Source: Acanthaster planci
Lineage: Eukaryota
Assembly: GCF_001949145.1 (NCBI RefSeq)
Contig: NW_019091355.1
Location: forward strand, 2,462,646 to 2,526,645
Direction of reading: 5' to 3'
DNA length: 64,000 nucleotides
Positions 1-15,400 of this stretch are shown here, in pieces. Each line of letters begins with the position of its first letter. Position 1 is the stretch's first letter. The notes under the pieces are model-generated. The model saw only the letters and a program-made list of their open reading frames with translations. It did not search any database and had not been told where the DNA came from. The translations under genes were made by a program, and so were the position numbers.

Positions 1-220
1 TTATCTGTCATTTCATACATGCCAGCGACCATCCCTATGCTTAAGACTGTCGATAGCCAGAGGTGGAACCAAGCTACATGGACCGGTTCGAGATAGTCAA
101 CTGTACATGCACATGTATAATCCTATCATCCATCGTTTTGGTAACTTTGGTCAAACTACATGTACATTTACCTACTGTCGTTTCCCGACCTTGCCCTCTC
201 TTATGGGCTGTTATACTCAC

Positions 221-401
221 TATCGTTGAGTCCTGCGACGGTGATATTTCTGTTCTCCCACGACAGAAATACGCCAAATACCAAAAGGATTCCTTTGAAG
301 CCGTAGATGGCGCAGATGAAGTAAATCTCATGGTTGGACCCACACTGTCTCAGGACAGGTATAATATACGTCTCGCTCTCTGGACTTGCCGTGTCTGACA
401 A
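221..401 (-). CDS. GABA-B-like GPCR exon 14 (ECL2, TM5)
   Basis: LSDTASPESETYIIPVLRQCGS...YGFKGILLVFGVFLSWENRNITVAGLND; donor GTGAGT. Confidence 0.92.
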
Positions 402-3400
402 CTTAAAAAACAAGGGTCATGTTGAGAATCACTAAAGTGCGTGTTTCGGAGCACACAGAGACAATAGATAAGAATGGACCGATTGCGCCCGCTACGTCAA
501 GTGATATAGTAGGTATCAAACATCAGCAAACATAGCGTCTTCCCACACTAAAATGTGTCATATGTGTCATTTACCAAAAATAAAGCCGACAGTCGGCAAA
601 GTGTTGAACACTATGCAGAAGATTGGCATTATTTTTGGTAAACATATGACTTATGACACACTCTGCTATGGAAGGACGCCAAGTTTGTTGATATGTTTGA
701 TACCCACTATTTAGGTCACGTGACTTAGCTGGTGAAATCGCTCTATTGTCTCAATTCCATAACAAACCACGTTCATCCACAGCCTTAGATAGAGTGTCAC
801 ATTAAGGATTCTTTAACTGACAATTTAAATAAATACGAGACTTTGGACATAAGTGAAAGTTTGGTTTGCCGTGTTTTTATCTATATTTTTGTGATAGCAT
901 AATACATAATGTTGTCTGCATTTTCCCTTTCAGTGCCAATCCTCTTTAGAGGAAAAGGTCCTTTTCCAATTCTTTCAATGAATTCTAAGTTCGTTACAGA
1001 TTTTGCTCGTGATAAGGTTGTGTACACTTAGCTTGAGTAAGGTATAATTAGTTTCATTGAGATTCTTGAAACTGTTTGTCTGTGCTCTTCATTCGCAAGA
1101 GAGGTTTAATGCCAGGAACGTAAAGCAAGGACAAATTACGTCGGATGTGTGACAGTTTGTTGTCCAAAAATAAGCCCTTCAATCTAAAAATAATAACCTC
1201 CCCCAATAAAGTGAATGATACATACTCCCCCTGGATTTACGCCCATGCTTAGTTATACATGCACTTGTGAACGTTTGGTTTGGGAGCTCTCTTGTACTTT
1301 GTATGCCATTTGAACGTGTCGAATGAAGTGCCGTCTTAAAGCCTCGATCCGGGACTTCCTATATGGACTGCCTATAATTCGCCCTATATAAAATTTATAG
1401 GGGACAACCGTTGGTAAATACAAAACTGTATTCACATATCAGTTTTGGGTACCATTTTATTGGTTACGACTTTTCTGAGAAATGGATAACAACACTGTAG
1501 GAATATTTTAGAGTGTGAATGTCTAAAACGTGTTTTGAGATATTCGGAGAGAAAAAGTTTGCATGTTATACTTTACTTTGGATCATGAATAAAGCATGTA
1601 AACGTTATCAGCATGGAAGCAACGTTGGCTCCAACTGACCTCAGAAAAGTCGAAAAGCAAAGAAATTTAATTCAATCGGTCAAAATGTCGTCATCTAAAC
1701 TTACTTGGGCCTCAAGGTGGAAGGTGTTGACTGTGGACTGTCCGACGAAAACCCATAGTATGATGATGATACAATCGACCAGTACAAGACCCAAGACAAC
1801 GAAAATCAATTTCTTGTCGGGCAGATCCTGAAGAAGGGGGCATCCCAAGTTGAAAATAATGATTATAAAGATTACAAAATTCGAACATGTAAATGCTATA
1901 AATTGTGTTCTTTTCTTACAACCGTGGTATAAATCACTCAGGTTTTCGTGTTTGAACACTTCCTTGGAATCTTTAAACAGAGACATGGCAAAAACTGTTG
2001 AGTTAGCAAGGTCTAATATTGATTTGAATTTCATGGGTTATTCTGCAAAAGATCTTTCGTCAAATTGATAAGATGATTATTCGATGTTAAATATTCATTA
2101 TATGAATATTCAAAAGATAGAGATTAAAAAATCCTGGCGACGCCCACGTCGCCAGTGTTGCTCAAACAGACTTGAGCTGCGGAGTAAGAGAATCTTCATG
2201 AGAGATATTCCCCTAAGATGCAGCCTTTTGGTATTTCGACATTATTTATAGGTATACAATGTCGTTTACGACTCTGCGAAGATTAATACACGCTTGGGTC
2301 CCTTCTACAAACACCTTCAACTTTATTCCCAGAGTGGCATCTGTCATAAGAGCTCCCACTTCCTGTCTGTACTCCGCCGTACTTTTTCCGTAAAAGCCAT
2401 TCCATTGAAGCAATCCTTTTGTTTTAAACATCAAAGCCTTGCGCACGCACTCAGGAAGGAAAGCTTCGAGACGCAATATTGGTGAAGCAACGGAAAGGGA
2501 ACCGCTCGTCGTATTCAGCGACAGCCTAAAGCAGACAAGCCTGAAGCAAGCAATATCGTTAAAATCACGCTTTCCGTTCTCACTTTCAAATGGAGAAAAT
2601 TAAACCCTCCCTGTCAAGGTTGAACGTGGTTGGTTTTCACGCGTCACTTACGATCTTCTTGAATCTGGCAACAGCCTTTTGGAAGATGGCAAAGATGCGA
2701 TACGTCTTGACCAACAGAGACCCGAACGACAGTGATATACCGACACATATCAAGCCGACTTTCACCTGGAAAATACAGAAGTTGCGGGTTAGTCCACCTT
2801 TTAGTGAAAGCGTTTGGAACCCGCCAGCTTTTTCCCTAGCAACGAATCATTTGGCTATACAGATTAGCAAAACAGTGCGTCTGTGATACCAAAACCTGGT
2901 ACGTGTATTGTATTTATTTACTTTGTATACAGAGGTATAGGCATCAGCTCTGGTATTAGTAAGAAAAATGGTCCAATTTCATAGACTGTTTCAAGAAAAC
3001 GTAGAAGGCGCCATCAAATCACATTCAATTTTACCTAAGTCATTCAATTTTACTATTAATACTATAATTTACAAATTATTTACGAGCTTGAGCAGGAAAC
3101 TATTTTCATTCCCCCATGGAAGTCGTATTTCTGCTTTCTAACATCTGAATATATTGCAAATCTTGCTTTTCTTGAATGTAGGGGTATTTTAGGATCACAG
3201 CCTACTCCGGAGATCAGACAGCACGCGATATCAGGTAACAAGAATGGGATCTCTCATTCTGAGGCGGTCAAGGGCATATTGAATAAAGTCGCATGGAAAA
3301 AAAAAGATTTCTTATCATTTTTTCCAATCAAATATTACAAATTAAGATCTTGCATATTTGTGCCAACCGCAGTGAATTTGTTCAGGGCAATGCAATTATA

Positions 3401-6400
3401 GGCTCTTTTCATCTCAGGTTCTCAGACGACGGTTGTGACGGACATATTGCATTATGTCGAATGGGGAAAAATTGGTCATTTCTTTCGGATCTTCATTAAA
3501 TCTTACAGATCGGCGCCCACTGGGCGCACTGTACGTTGCAATTGTTGGAGAATTGTGGCATACGGTCTTTTCCTGTGGTTTTATTGGTCTACGCGTTGCA
3601 GGAAGGGTTAGCAGCATGAAAAGGTTTTTTGTTCGATCGGGGGCCAACATTGGGACCGGTCCCAATGAGAACCGAAGAAATAAACGGGCGCCGTTATGCA
3701 GAATACGCCAAGTATCTCTGTAAAGGCCGGTCCATACTCTCAGCGCAAAAGCAAGTCCGAAGCCAAATTAAAACGTCAGATTAAATACTCCTTCCGAGAA
3801 TTTGTGAACATTATTTCAACTCTAGCAAATTTCACTGTATGAACCAGCCTTAAATGGATCGGATCTTAGCCGCGTTGTATTCCTAGATATCTATATAAAC
3901 ATCGTGATAGACTACGCTGTATTTATTTTCATTTCCATAATGGCATCAAGATAAACTACAGTCCTACAGAGATGTTGTGAAATGGATTCAGAGATAATTA
4001 TACAACATCAAAATGTCAATAAACTAGTAATTTTCAGCTCACCTGTGAATTGTTTGGACTTATCATAGAACTGCCTCAAGACATTTCATGTTACTCACAA
4101 TACTCCTATTGATTCCGTGTGTTTTAATTGCAGGATATGTCTAACAATAGGCATGTCTTGAATTCCGCAGCGTGAGCGTGGCTATTTCTCAATACAGGGC
4201 CGGTAATTGTTAGTGCTTACATGGCACAAGAGGATGAAAGAACCATCTGTTATACCAGATGTGTCGAGGCCAGACACAAACACAGACGAATAGAGGAGAA
4301 GACAGCCCAAGACAATCAGATTGTTGATAAGCGGGCTGGAAATCTTAATGGCTCTGTTGAATGGAACAAAAGGGAAAAATTCTAGTTGGAACGATAATAA
4401 AATAAGCATCCAGTTGACAGCTGTCCTTTCTATCTACAACAAAAGTAACAAATCTAAATGTTGGTTCGAGCGAAAAAAATGAAATAGCTGTCGGATGATA
4501 TCTGTCAGTTAATTTAACAAAAGCGACAGATTAATATTGCTTTCCCTGCCACAGCTAGCATGTTTCGTCCAAGCAGTGAACTGAAAACTGTGGGACAAAG
4601 TATGTCAAACTGTCTGGCGCTCGTGACAATTTGGTTCTTTAAGCCGGGCTCGCTAATGCGCTTTTCGGTCAAACACACAGAGCTGACAGGTATTTTGACA
4701 CTTGTGCCGAATGGAATTTCTTTCGAAAAGGTCCGCTGTTCAAAGCAGAATCCCGCACATTGCGGGTTTAGGTAAACACATCAATCGGCAAGTAGTCATA
4801 GAATGGCTTTACAATGCAATACACCCTCCATCTTCGCTTAGCCTCGTTCCTACTTTGGTACATCGTGAATAATTATAAATGCTCTAACTTTTAATTGTTT
4901 TAACAATGATTAATTCCTTATAATTTTTGTAAAGCAAAGAAGCGATAAAATGTTGCTCATCATGGTCATTCGTGGAAAAGTTAAAAAGTATTTCTAACAA
5001 TGATAACAATCATTGTAGCCTAGAAAACTTCATAAAACAATCTCTCCTTTAAAAACAATAGGAGACGAAGAAACATAAAAACGACATAACGGAATTAAAC
5101 AATTAGCAAATACCAATGATTTTGTCATATTTGGGTAATAAAATTTACTGCGTGATTTTACGTAATTCGTCACTATTACTTTGTGTACAACTTTCCTAGG
5201 GAAGGATTTGTACGAGGCACATCCAAAGAGCAAACAACCAAAAGCAAAAAACAAACAAAACAAAACAAACAGATTTATCCCTTCAAGGATATGATAATAC
5301 CTTTGGTTACGGAGAGCAATGTTCAGGGCAAGGAATAACAAAGCAAGAAGAACGCCAAAGCCTGCTACGGTGAAAATTCCGATTTGATAGGGCAAAGAGA
5401 TTTGAACGAGCCGCGGTATTTCTGTCCTCCCGTCAATGGGTACTCCCGAGCCTGTCATTAAGGGCACATGATACAAACTTAAACTATTTCACAAGCTGCA
5501 AGTTTATGCCAGGGAGGTATTAATACTAACAATGTCCCGATTTTGAATTTATGAAAATAGTTCAGTGATGTAAGTTCAGTGTTTCCTGATAAAAAAAGAG
5601 TACAATAATTATGCAACGGCATTAAATCACGGCATTAAATACGTTAATCCGTGAAAAGAGAAAGGCGGAAGTGACGCCAGAAATTTCTATCAAGTCGTTT
5701 TATGTCGTGGTGAATACCGGAGCTCTATAAATAAATGTTCATTATTATTAATTGGTTATTATTAAACCTTAATTTATTATTATTAAACCCTCAAACCGAA
5801 GAGAAACTACTGTTAAGGATTTTTCTCGTGGTTCCAACAATAAAAGTTGCTTCAACTGGTAAGAAAAAAAGCAGACGTATACCGACGCCCCAACTGACAA
5901 CCCGCGCTGTCTCACAGGCATAAGCCGAATCCTGACATGTGCACCGGCCCGTCTGCTTATCTTGTCAATGTGGCAAAGTGTTGTTTGCGGTGCACTTTGA
6001 GCACACTGTTCTCAAGAAATGCAGTGGTGCATATAGCCGGAGGAGTGAATAGGCAGAATACAAATAGAAATCAGTTCACTGGCAGACGCTAAATGGGGGC
6101 GTCAAATTGGCTGATAAATTTCAAAATGGGGAAGATGAAAATATATCTAAATAATAAAACCTCTCACTGAATAATGTGCTACAGAAATGCTACCAAATCA
6201 ACGTTTTATCTTACTCGTGTCGTCTTATAAGCCTATAAACGACAGTAAACATCATTTCTGCAACTGGCAAATTTAACAAAACCCCAAGCGAAGACTGGAA
6301 CAGTGCCAAAATTTTCCACAAAGAGTGTCTTTCAGTGGCAATACAAAGTGAATTTAACTAAACTCAATCATTTCGATTTAATGAACATGAATTCGTCTAC

Positions 6401-9400
6401 ATTCGTGTGCAAATAAAATCAGCCACTGCACGGCTATACAATACCCGGATTCCGACTGCCCCCAATGTCCAATAAACATGACCATATTTCCTAACCTTTC
6501 CACCGTATTGTCGCATTGGGAATGTTCTTGTAATCGCCATCGGCAAGGTAATTGGTGATCCTCACCGGTTGTCCGTCTGCAGTTCCGAAAGTAATGATAG
6601 CATTGTCGATATTATAAGAAAACACATTTAGCATGGATAAACAACTTCAAGGCAATCTCCAACGGTTGGGCAAATTCGGGAGAATTCGATTGGTTAATTG
6701 CAATCTTCGTGCTTTTCATTCCGCAAGGCCAACACAGTGTATATGGAACACAAATAAAATTAAGGAACTCGTCTTGTTTTGTGCATGGTGTTATTTCAAG
6801 AAGAAATTGTTATTCTCATGAATCCCCCTTTATTGATATTTCAAAAGCATCCTATCATGATCCTTTAATAATGATAGATTTGTTTATTACCAAAAATGGG
6901 CACTTGGGAGACATTCCCATAGGAACGTACACAAAATTTTTCACACTTTACCGTCCAATGATTCAATATTTCCTAATCCGATCTTAACCAAACTTTGCAT
7001 GTTTTCCTTTCAGACCCTAATTTATCATCTCTCAAAATGTGGACGATAACAATTTTCCTCCTTTTGGTAGTTGGAGCATTAGGGAGACATTGAAATGTCT
7101 CCCTATAATGATCGATGTCTCCCTGATGTTGAAAGATTTACGACAAAATGTCTCCCAATAATTTACCTTGAAACTGTTCAACGTAGACTGTTGAATGGCG
7201 AACTCCTTCTTCACCTATGACAACAAGATCCTGCGGAAAAACAAGCATCTATAATTTGCCGTGGAGGTCGATCAACACTGCACGTTCATTTTCTGGAATT
7301 CAGACAATCACCGGCTCCTTCGTTCTCGGTGTGTAAACTGACTAAACTATACCGACATCAACATAGCGCAGAGAGGAAAGTCGCCTTAGAGAGCCCAGAA
7401 AAGTTTAGGTTGACACGGAATTAGTAACCTACCGTCAAACCGACGAATTCTGCCTTCAGTGTATTTCGCAAGAGAATCTCGGCCATATTCTTATCTCCGT
7501 ACTCAAACTGGTTCAGCCGCCTTGGTGGTGTCAGCTGCAGCAGCTCGCCTATCGAGGCGTTGAGAGCCATGGCCATCGTAAACAGACAGTCGTAGGCGTA
7601 AATGTCACGAGAATTGTCCTCCATATTGTGAAGCCTTTCCAGATATTCAAGTTGCTCTGGAAATGGTTTCTGGATGTTCAGGAGGACACAGCAAAATGTT
7701 CGCCAAAGCAGATCATTAGAACATGCCAAGATCGTGCCCAGTACATGGAAAATGTTCAGATTAACAATCGTGGCTGGTTCCCTGCTTTGAGTCCTTTTGA
7801 GGGCGGAATTCTTCAAATTCTGCTGCATGTAATTAATGATGGTACCAACTTTTTGTTAGCTGTAATGATTCAGTATACGTCTCCATAGTCTGTTCATGCA
7901 TACAATACTTACCACTCCATTGAAATCGATCAGGGAAACGTCACTCACAGCCTGGTCACCGTCAAAAGCCACGTGCAGATCCAGCGCTGCGGCAATTTCG
8001 TCATTGGAGCAGGACACATCAGGCAGATCACGCCACCAGCCGTCAGGGTACCAGCCTGGCAAAATCCACACATACTTCGCGCCAAACAGCTTGGCTTTAT
8101 AGACCTGGTCAAAAAATACTGATCTCGTTTGACATAATCCCTCTGTGTGAAATGATCACTTTTTAGGGTAAAAGCAATCATACATGTTGACGATCACACA
8201 TGAGTATGCTGCGGGAAGAACATGTGGATTGAGTGTAAAGATTTTGTAATAGAGAGGAGGTATTTTTGTAGCGAAATTCGGTTGAGTTCTCCTGTAACGG
8301 ACCAAATACTGGTAGTTAATTTGACAGACGTACTTTCAGTTTTTTACTTTGACGGTCTTTTTGGCAGAGGCTGCAAAATGATTCTGGAAAAGTCGGTCAA
8401 TAGTTCAAAATGACTGCATCAGCCATATTTAGCGCTATATGGCATCAGCCGAGGTGATCGCTTGGTTATTGATCTGGCAACATTCAGTTGTCTGCATGGT
8501 CAGTCGATCACTCAGTCGAATCCCTGGTAAACTGTCGGTCACCCTGTATCTTTTCGTAAATATTGTTAGTGAGCAGAACCTATTAGACTTTAAGTTAGGA
8601 CTAGAGACACTGGCAAGAGGCACTTTACCTTACAAAATAGTTTAGCTGCTGGATCAGGATAGAACGCCGTAATGATCACCCGGGCATCATGCCTCTGGCA
8701 CAAGCAAAGATAAAGAATTACTGACAAAGAAATCATCCAGCTGATCATAATTAACAGTGCCTAAAAAATCACCACTGCGCTGTGAAGATGATACATAAAG
8801 ACATTAGTTCAGGTCCACGGTCATTAAAGTGCTAATAAAGGCGTCTCTTTGTTTTTACCTTGAGACTTTGTATTTGTTCATCGGAATTGTCCGGATCCGT
8901 GACAGCTTCTGTCGTCAAAACAGTGATGTTATTTTCCCGCAGTTGGTGAGCAAGCTTTGCCATATTCTGTTGAACAAAATGGTAAGACAGCGCTGATTTG
9001 TTTCACTTAGGGAATTGAATTATCCTATTGAGAAGTTGGGAGTTCTCTGCTTTAATTGTTCTTTCTTTAGAATGTTTGAGGAATGCAGTGGTGGCCACTG
9101 GCTGTTTTCACGACAGCCTACAAGGACTTGCCTATCCTTTCATCCACGAGGGAGGGAAAGCTTCTTGAAGCAACTGGGAAGATTTGGCTACAAAATGGAA
9201 AAAACTAACCGTAGAAAGGGAGTCAGGTTGGTGTAGTGATTCTTTTCTCGCCTTCCACCTCTGCGGTCCGGGTTCAGTTCCCGGCTCGGTCTACATGTAG
9301 ATTGTATCTTCATTTCTTGCCTGATTTCGTGGGTTTTACCCATAATATTCCTCTAGGGTTTTCCTCCCACCTCTAAAACTGCAACTGCTTCTCATTGTCT

Positions 9401-12400
9401 CCTCTCTACAGGTAACTTTCAGGCTTGCAAGCTACGGTACCTGGGGCGCTTTTGAGGAATCCTTGGTGTCATTACCAAAAATAAAATTATAATACAATAA
9501 CACCAGTGTTACCCCGGCAGTTTTGGTCATTTAAGCGCCCCGGAGGTGCCTCAATAATGTCTCTCGAAATGTACGTTAAAGTTTCTGTTCTAACTATGAC
9601 GATAGGTGCAATAGGAAACAATCTACTTCCCTTTGAGCATATCAGGAAGTATTTATCTGCTATTGAAAGCGGAAGCGACGTTGGACAGGTGGCTTCAGTA
9701 TTGGCGCCAAATCAGAGTTGTTTTGGTAAAATTAGCGTATCTGAATGTATTGCTGACTTCCATCAATGACACGTGGCAAATGCTTCCATAGCAGGTGCCA
9801 CTGATGAAGTGGAAGTAATATGCTTACCGTTCGCATATAAGCCTGCGTCAGTTTGTTTTGTGATTAAGTTACCGATAGCTGTAGTCAGCACACCATTGTG
9901 TTCTTCGTTTAGCGATCAGAACTTGTTCATGGTTGGTGCTTATAGCCATATTGTAATGTCATTTACCTGTCTGAAATACTCGTTATCTTCGAATATCAGC
10001 GCCACCCTCCTCCATCCCATGCGCTTTACAAAAGCCACTCGGGTGGGATTCAACAAATCCTCGTCCACGGAGACTTGCACCGTCAGCGGATAACGGGCCC
10101 GGTCCTTCAGAGTGGTTGATGATGCGATTACCACCTAGACATGCGTGATGTACACAGACAGACAGACAGGTGGTTTCTAATTTTGAATTACAGAAAGCTT
10201 TAGAATTGCATATGAGGAAACTCAACGCAAAGTGCCCCTCGACGGTCATTCACTCAAACTTGGACTTGCACAGTCTACAGTCGAATTTAAATGCCCCATG
10301 ATATTCCCCCGTCTCTGCTCTGAACAAAGAACATGTATTGCAGTGCAGTTTTGCTCTTTTAAGTGGAGCAGGCCTCTTGGATGAATCACAAAAAGTCAAA
10401 CAGCTTTATCTCTGACGCCTTGGTTTCACATAACATTTCCCGGTTTATTTAGCACTTCTGTCTTTCACTTAAAACTGCTTAAACGAAAGTTTAATTTCGT
10501 CAAAGAGGGGTCACTCACTCTAAATGTTGATTCTAATTTCGGAATAATACACTACATTTCAATTTCAGAGCGTTGTAAATCACCAAAAAAAAAACACTTA
10601 TTAGACTGAGTCCCATTTTTCGTCATTTTCGTCTCACTTCGGAAATGGCGAAATTATACCGAAACCCGGCTTTATTTTTGGTAAACAATACTTGCGACAC
10701 ACTTTGCCATGGAAGGATAATTATATGAAGCAAGATAAGAGACGGAGAGAACCCCTCGCCTTGTGTTGGTCATTGTTTCACTGGAATCTTAGGAATTCAT
10801 CTGGGAGATGTGTTAGGTAACAACAGTCTAGAGTGTGTATAGGGATTGGACATGTTGGGGGTACCCCTATTTCTTGCTGGATATATGGAAACACACCGTG
10901 TTTATTGTTATTTGATACCTACTTTATGTCATGTGACTTAGCTGGCGCAATCGATCTCTTACCCTGCTTAATAAAACGGACTTTTTTCATTGATTGCTCC
11001 ATGCTTCAAACCCAGGTTATTGTCTATATGCCGAGGAGCATTTTCTAAAAAGATCTAAATTGAACATCTCCAAATGTATTTTCACGCTCAGCAAAAAGGT
11101 GCAAGCGCTAGTGAACTTTAAGGGCAGACATTAACTAGTACAAAAATTAAATATGAGCATAAAACACGTTCAAGAGAGCCTTGCGACCATGAATCGAAAG
11201 TACACGTAATTCGTCGTCACGTCATATCAATGCGCGTGGTCGTCTTTTTAAAGAATCTTGAATGTCATGGTTGGTTTGATCAGTGGGCCATTTTAAATGA
11301 ACTTTGTAAGTGCACTTACTGCTGCATAATTTAAAATCACGTGATTGTGCACATGCCTGGAACCAAGATTGCATGTAATTTTCCGTCCTCGTACACAGTC
11401 AAGGTTAATTTAATCGCTGGCAAATTTACGTGCAGTGATGAACGATCTTCAGAATTGATATCAATTAAGCTGGTGACGTTCGCGAGTTTAGGTTGAAGTT
11501 CGATCGCTCGTTTGATAGTTTTGCTGACGAAAGCTTGCGTGGGTTCTAATAATCGGCACGTTGCTCATCATAAAACAGTGAAGGGGGATACAAAGCACGA
11601 CGCACTGAGGGCTTCGGAGAGTGCGCACGAATGAAAATTCGCAGACTCGGGTTGGAGGGGAACCCAAGGCTCCCTGCTTACTGGTGTCGGTAGGTCTTCG
11701 CCAGTCTTAGAGTACTCTGTACTCGGATTTGAGGACTTGATTCCAACACTGTCCACTTGAAAACCGAGTTCGTCAGGGTCACCCGAGTTTGAGACAGCAG
11801 AGAGTACAGCAATCACGTTGCCAGGGAGGAGGCAGAGGTCTTTTAATTATGGGGGGGCCAAGAACTTGGCCCCAAACGTGCAAACATCAAGGGTGAAAGG
11901 GGTCTATTTGAAGGACTAAATTTGAGTCAATATCTTCTTTTTTGAGACATGCAGTTGCACCTTTAAATCAGATTAGCGTTTTGGCTACAGTACTTCAGAG
12001 CCCCCATTGTTCATGTACCTTTTGTTGTCATTCTCACCGAGGAGTCTTTTCCGTGGCTCTGTGCTTTGAGTAATCACGATGTTCCTTTGGTTCATTAAGT
12101 TCTGTGAATTTTGTTAGTCCAGGTGAACATTCCTTGACATTATTGTGACCAGGGCTATATAAAATGTGCATGGAGGCCAATAGGGCGTGGACTTACGACT
12201 GAGGTGTAGTGGTGGATGGTTTCGTTCCTTATAGTTACTCTGCCTTGTATCACGTTTGTTACTTTGCACCACCGTCACCAACCCAGTTTTTTTCAGGAAG
12301 GATCCAGTGGTCTGTAAAGTCTCAATGTAAGTACGATCCAATTTTACTACTTTTACCTTGTCCAGAAATTTTTGGGTGTCACACCTTCACCATCAATTCA

Positions 12401-15400
12401 TATCCACATTCTTTGCTATGTCAGTAACTATTTTCCTTTTTTGTATTACATTATTGTGAACTGATTTGCTCTCCCCTAATGGATTATTCATACTGTTTGG
12501 TGAAAGAATGCCTATTAATAAATTTGAAGTAACTCTAAACCTTTGAAACTGGGTATAGATTTCCTAGTTTTCTTTTGTTGCTTGAGTTGCAATCGTGGGT
12601 TTGTCGTTAAAAAATTCTATTCTATGTTCCCTGTGACTGGCTAAACTCCTTCAGTCACTCCTCGTGACCAATTATGCAATCACCATACGATTCATAGGGC
12701 TTTAAGGAGCGACCAGTCTTTTATCGCTTGTCCCAAATTACGATTGTCTCGTACCGAACGCAGGCCCAGTTTTGTAAGCCTATGCGCGACGTGCTCGCCG
12801 TGACAAAGTGCCTGTTTTTGGCAAGAGTTAATTTTGCCAAGACATTGGCTCTGAAGGGAGAGAGAGTAGGTTTGCACAGTGCCCTTGCCCACACCGCTGC
12901 TTTTACCACGTAGAGCTCATACAATACTAATTTAGTCTTTCATTAATCAGTTGCCCAACATCAATCAATCATAATGAACATATGAAGCTATTGGCTTTCA
13001 CCATTAACCCATTGCATTACCAATTCTATTCGCTTAGTTCTATTATCATATTTGTATCTTCGCTAGCCCATTGAATACTCGTTCTAAGATCAACACTCTA
13101 TTCTCTATTATTTTTGTACACTCAGCATTTTGAATCGGAATAAATCTTGCGAATAATTTTTTTCATTGCCAAAGAGATTGATCCTAGTATTCATAATTAG
13201 GTGTACCCGGCTTCAACGGGTCACGCTACCCTCACTACCGTGGCAATAAATCAAATGCTGAATCAATTTATCCCAAATCTGATTCTTTTCAATTGGAATA
13301 TTTAAAGGGGATCTTGGTGGTATAGTCCTCAAACCTCACCTGAACGATACCGTAGAGAGGCACCACCTCATTCACCACCACTGCGACACTGGAGAACATG
13401 GGGCCCCATGTCATTACAACCGGTGGCCCATTCTGGATGAAGTCGTTCAGGAGTCCCAGGGCGTTGGCGGGACTTCCCTTAGTGTCGTCGAAATCAAATG
13501 AACAAAATTGCTGCCATCAGATACCATCAGTAACAATTAACTGACTTTACTAATGTTTAAAACTAGAAACGGGTTTATTGCGCTTTGTTTTAATACTAAT
13601 TATAGCCCTACTGTTTGCCATCTGCGAGGAACTGAGAACATCTATGAATGCACATGTTTAGTGTCTGAGAAAGCTGGGATTTTTGAAATTCAAAGTGTTG
13701 TTGAGGTATTAAAGACGATTATCTCCTTCAGGGACTGGCCCTTTTTTAATCTACTCCAGAGAACCTACAGAATCATAAACACCCTTAGTGGGATGAAACA
13801 CTCGGGTCTTGGCCATGAATTCTTATTTAAAACAGACACTTTCAATAAGAACGTTTTGACAATTGTTGCTGACGTTTATAACCATCTTGCTCCGCCCAAT
13901 GAATGTACTTGAAGTTGACCAATATATAAAACAATAATGCTGCAACGTTGATATTTTTCAGTTTTGCAGTTGACGTATAGTAACATGCGCCCGAGTTCGA
14001 TTCGCCAAAATCAGCGCTTTAACAAAACCTAGGCCTATATAAATATAATAAACTGAATGTACGTCCTGTGCTGTTTAAAGCTTAACCCCTTAAAATTTCA
14101 TTAAGATCCCAAAATTTCCCCCGAATGTTTTCCTTCTTGAGATATCATTAAACAAAGTAAACTGTGTTTATTCAGACGGTTTCTAAGTCGACGTTGGCCA
14201 ACGATCAGCCGGCCAAGCAAACACTTGCTCCCAGACGGAAATGGCGTGGTTTTCATTGTTTTGTTTTGCATCGACACTATCTACTACTTATCAAGAAACG
14301 AGGTTTGCTGAAGACAAAATGAGTGCTGGCCGCTTTTCAAAAAAAAAGCGTATAATAAATCTGCAAAACTAAACCTTCTAAAAATCAAATGCAAGTTCGA
14401 ATACGAGTTGGCGTCGTTGAGTCATAGTTCAATCTCCATTGCACAGTCGGGTTGTTACTTTGATCGTGATTCAATAGGGCAGAGTATTAACTCTGATACT
14501 GCCAATATTCAAAAATACACAAAGGCCCTCAACAAAATTAATGTCCGAGTATTGGTTATGGAGTTCCCGTGTGTCTATATCGGGGAAAACGACCAACACA
14601 GTGCTTTAATTTCCTTAACATAATATAATTAACATTTAAACAACTCCTTTTTAGACAGTGTTTTCATGTTTTAAGCAAACTCTTTTCTCGGAAAATCCGT
14701 TTATTTGAAAAAAATGCAAAATAACGAAAAATGAATAAGAAATGAAAAGACAGCAAACACTAATGATTTTGAAAAAGAACTATAGTTTCGGAATAAATTT
14801 ATGAAGTATCCTATGAAACTCGTTCTAATTCTAAGAAAATGTCGAACTCAAGTATTTCGTAAATTGTTTATATGCTCGTTAAAAAAATTTTATTTTACAT
14901 GTGTGTGGATTTTATAGATCATATAAAGTGATCAAAAAGCAAGATTCCCTGAGAAAAAATCCATTGTGCGACGCTTTGCATCACTGAAATCATAACCACT
15001 GTGCTAGATCGGAGATTTTTAGTGATTATAAATCAATTATCAAATCCTCGGCTAAGTCACCAAGCGGTGTGACGTTTTGCGATCGATTTCCGACACAAGC
15101 AAAAGCAAATGATGAAAAGAGTAAAATTCGGATATAGGCCTACGAAGATTTTTATTCCGTAGCAGCACTTTAAAAACCCTATTGTCAAAGAGCACTTTTG
15201 ACAATTTTGTTTACGCTGTTAGTCTACAGTGTGTTTTTCGGGTTCTTTTCTACTTGCTTTCCTGGATTATTATTAGTATTTCTCATACCTGAGTCCAGTT
15301 CCACCGCATCCGCAACTCGTAGCCGTCCAATATTCCCGTCAAGTTGTTGACATGGTCCACTGCCGACTGCACGGTCAAGGGGAGAGAAGAAAAGAAGGGC

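Noticed and set aside
11560..12930. ORFs in GPCR intron 2 as a transposon or nested gene
   Set aside because: Short, no recognisable motifs, no terminal repeats identified.
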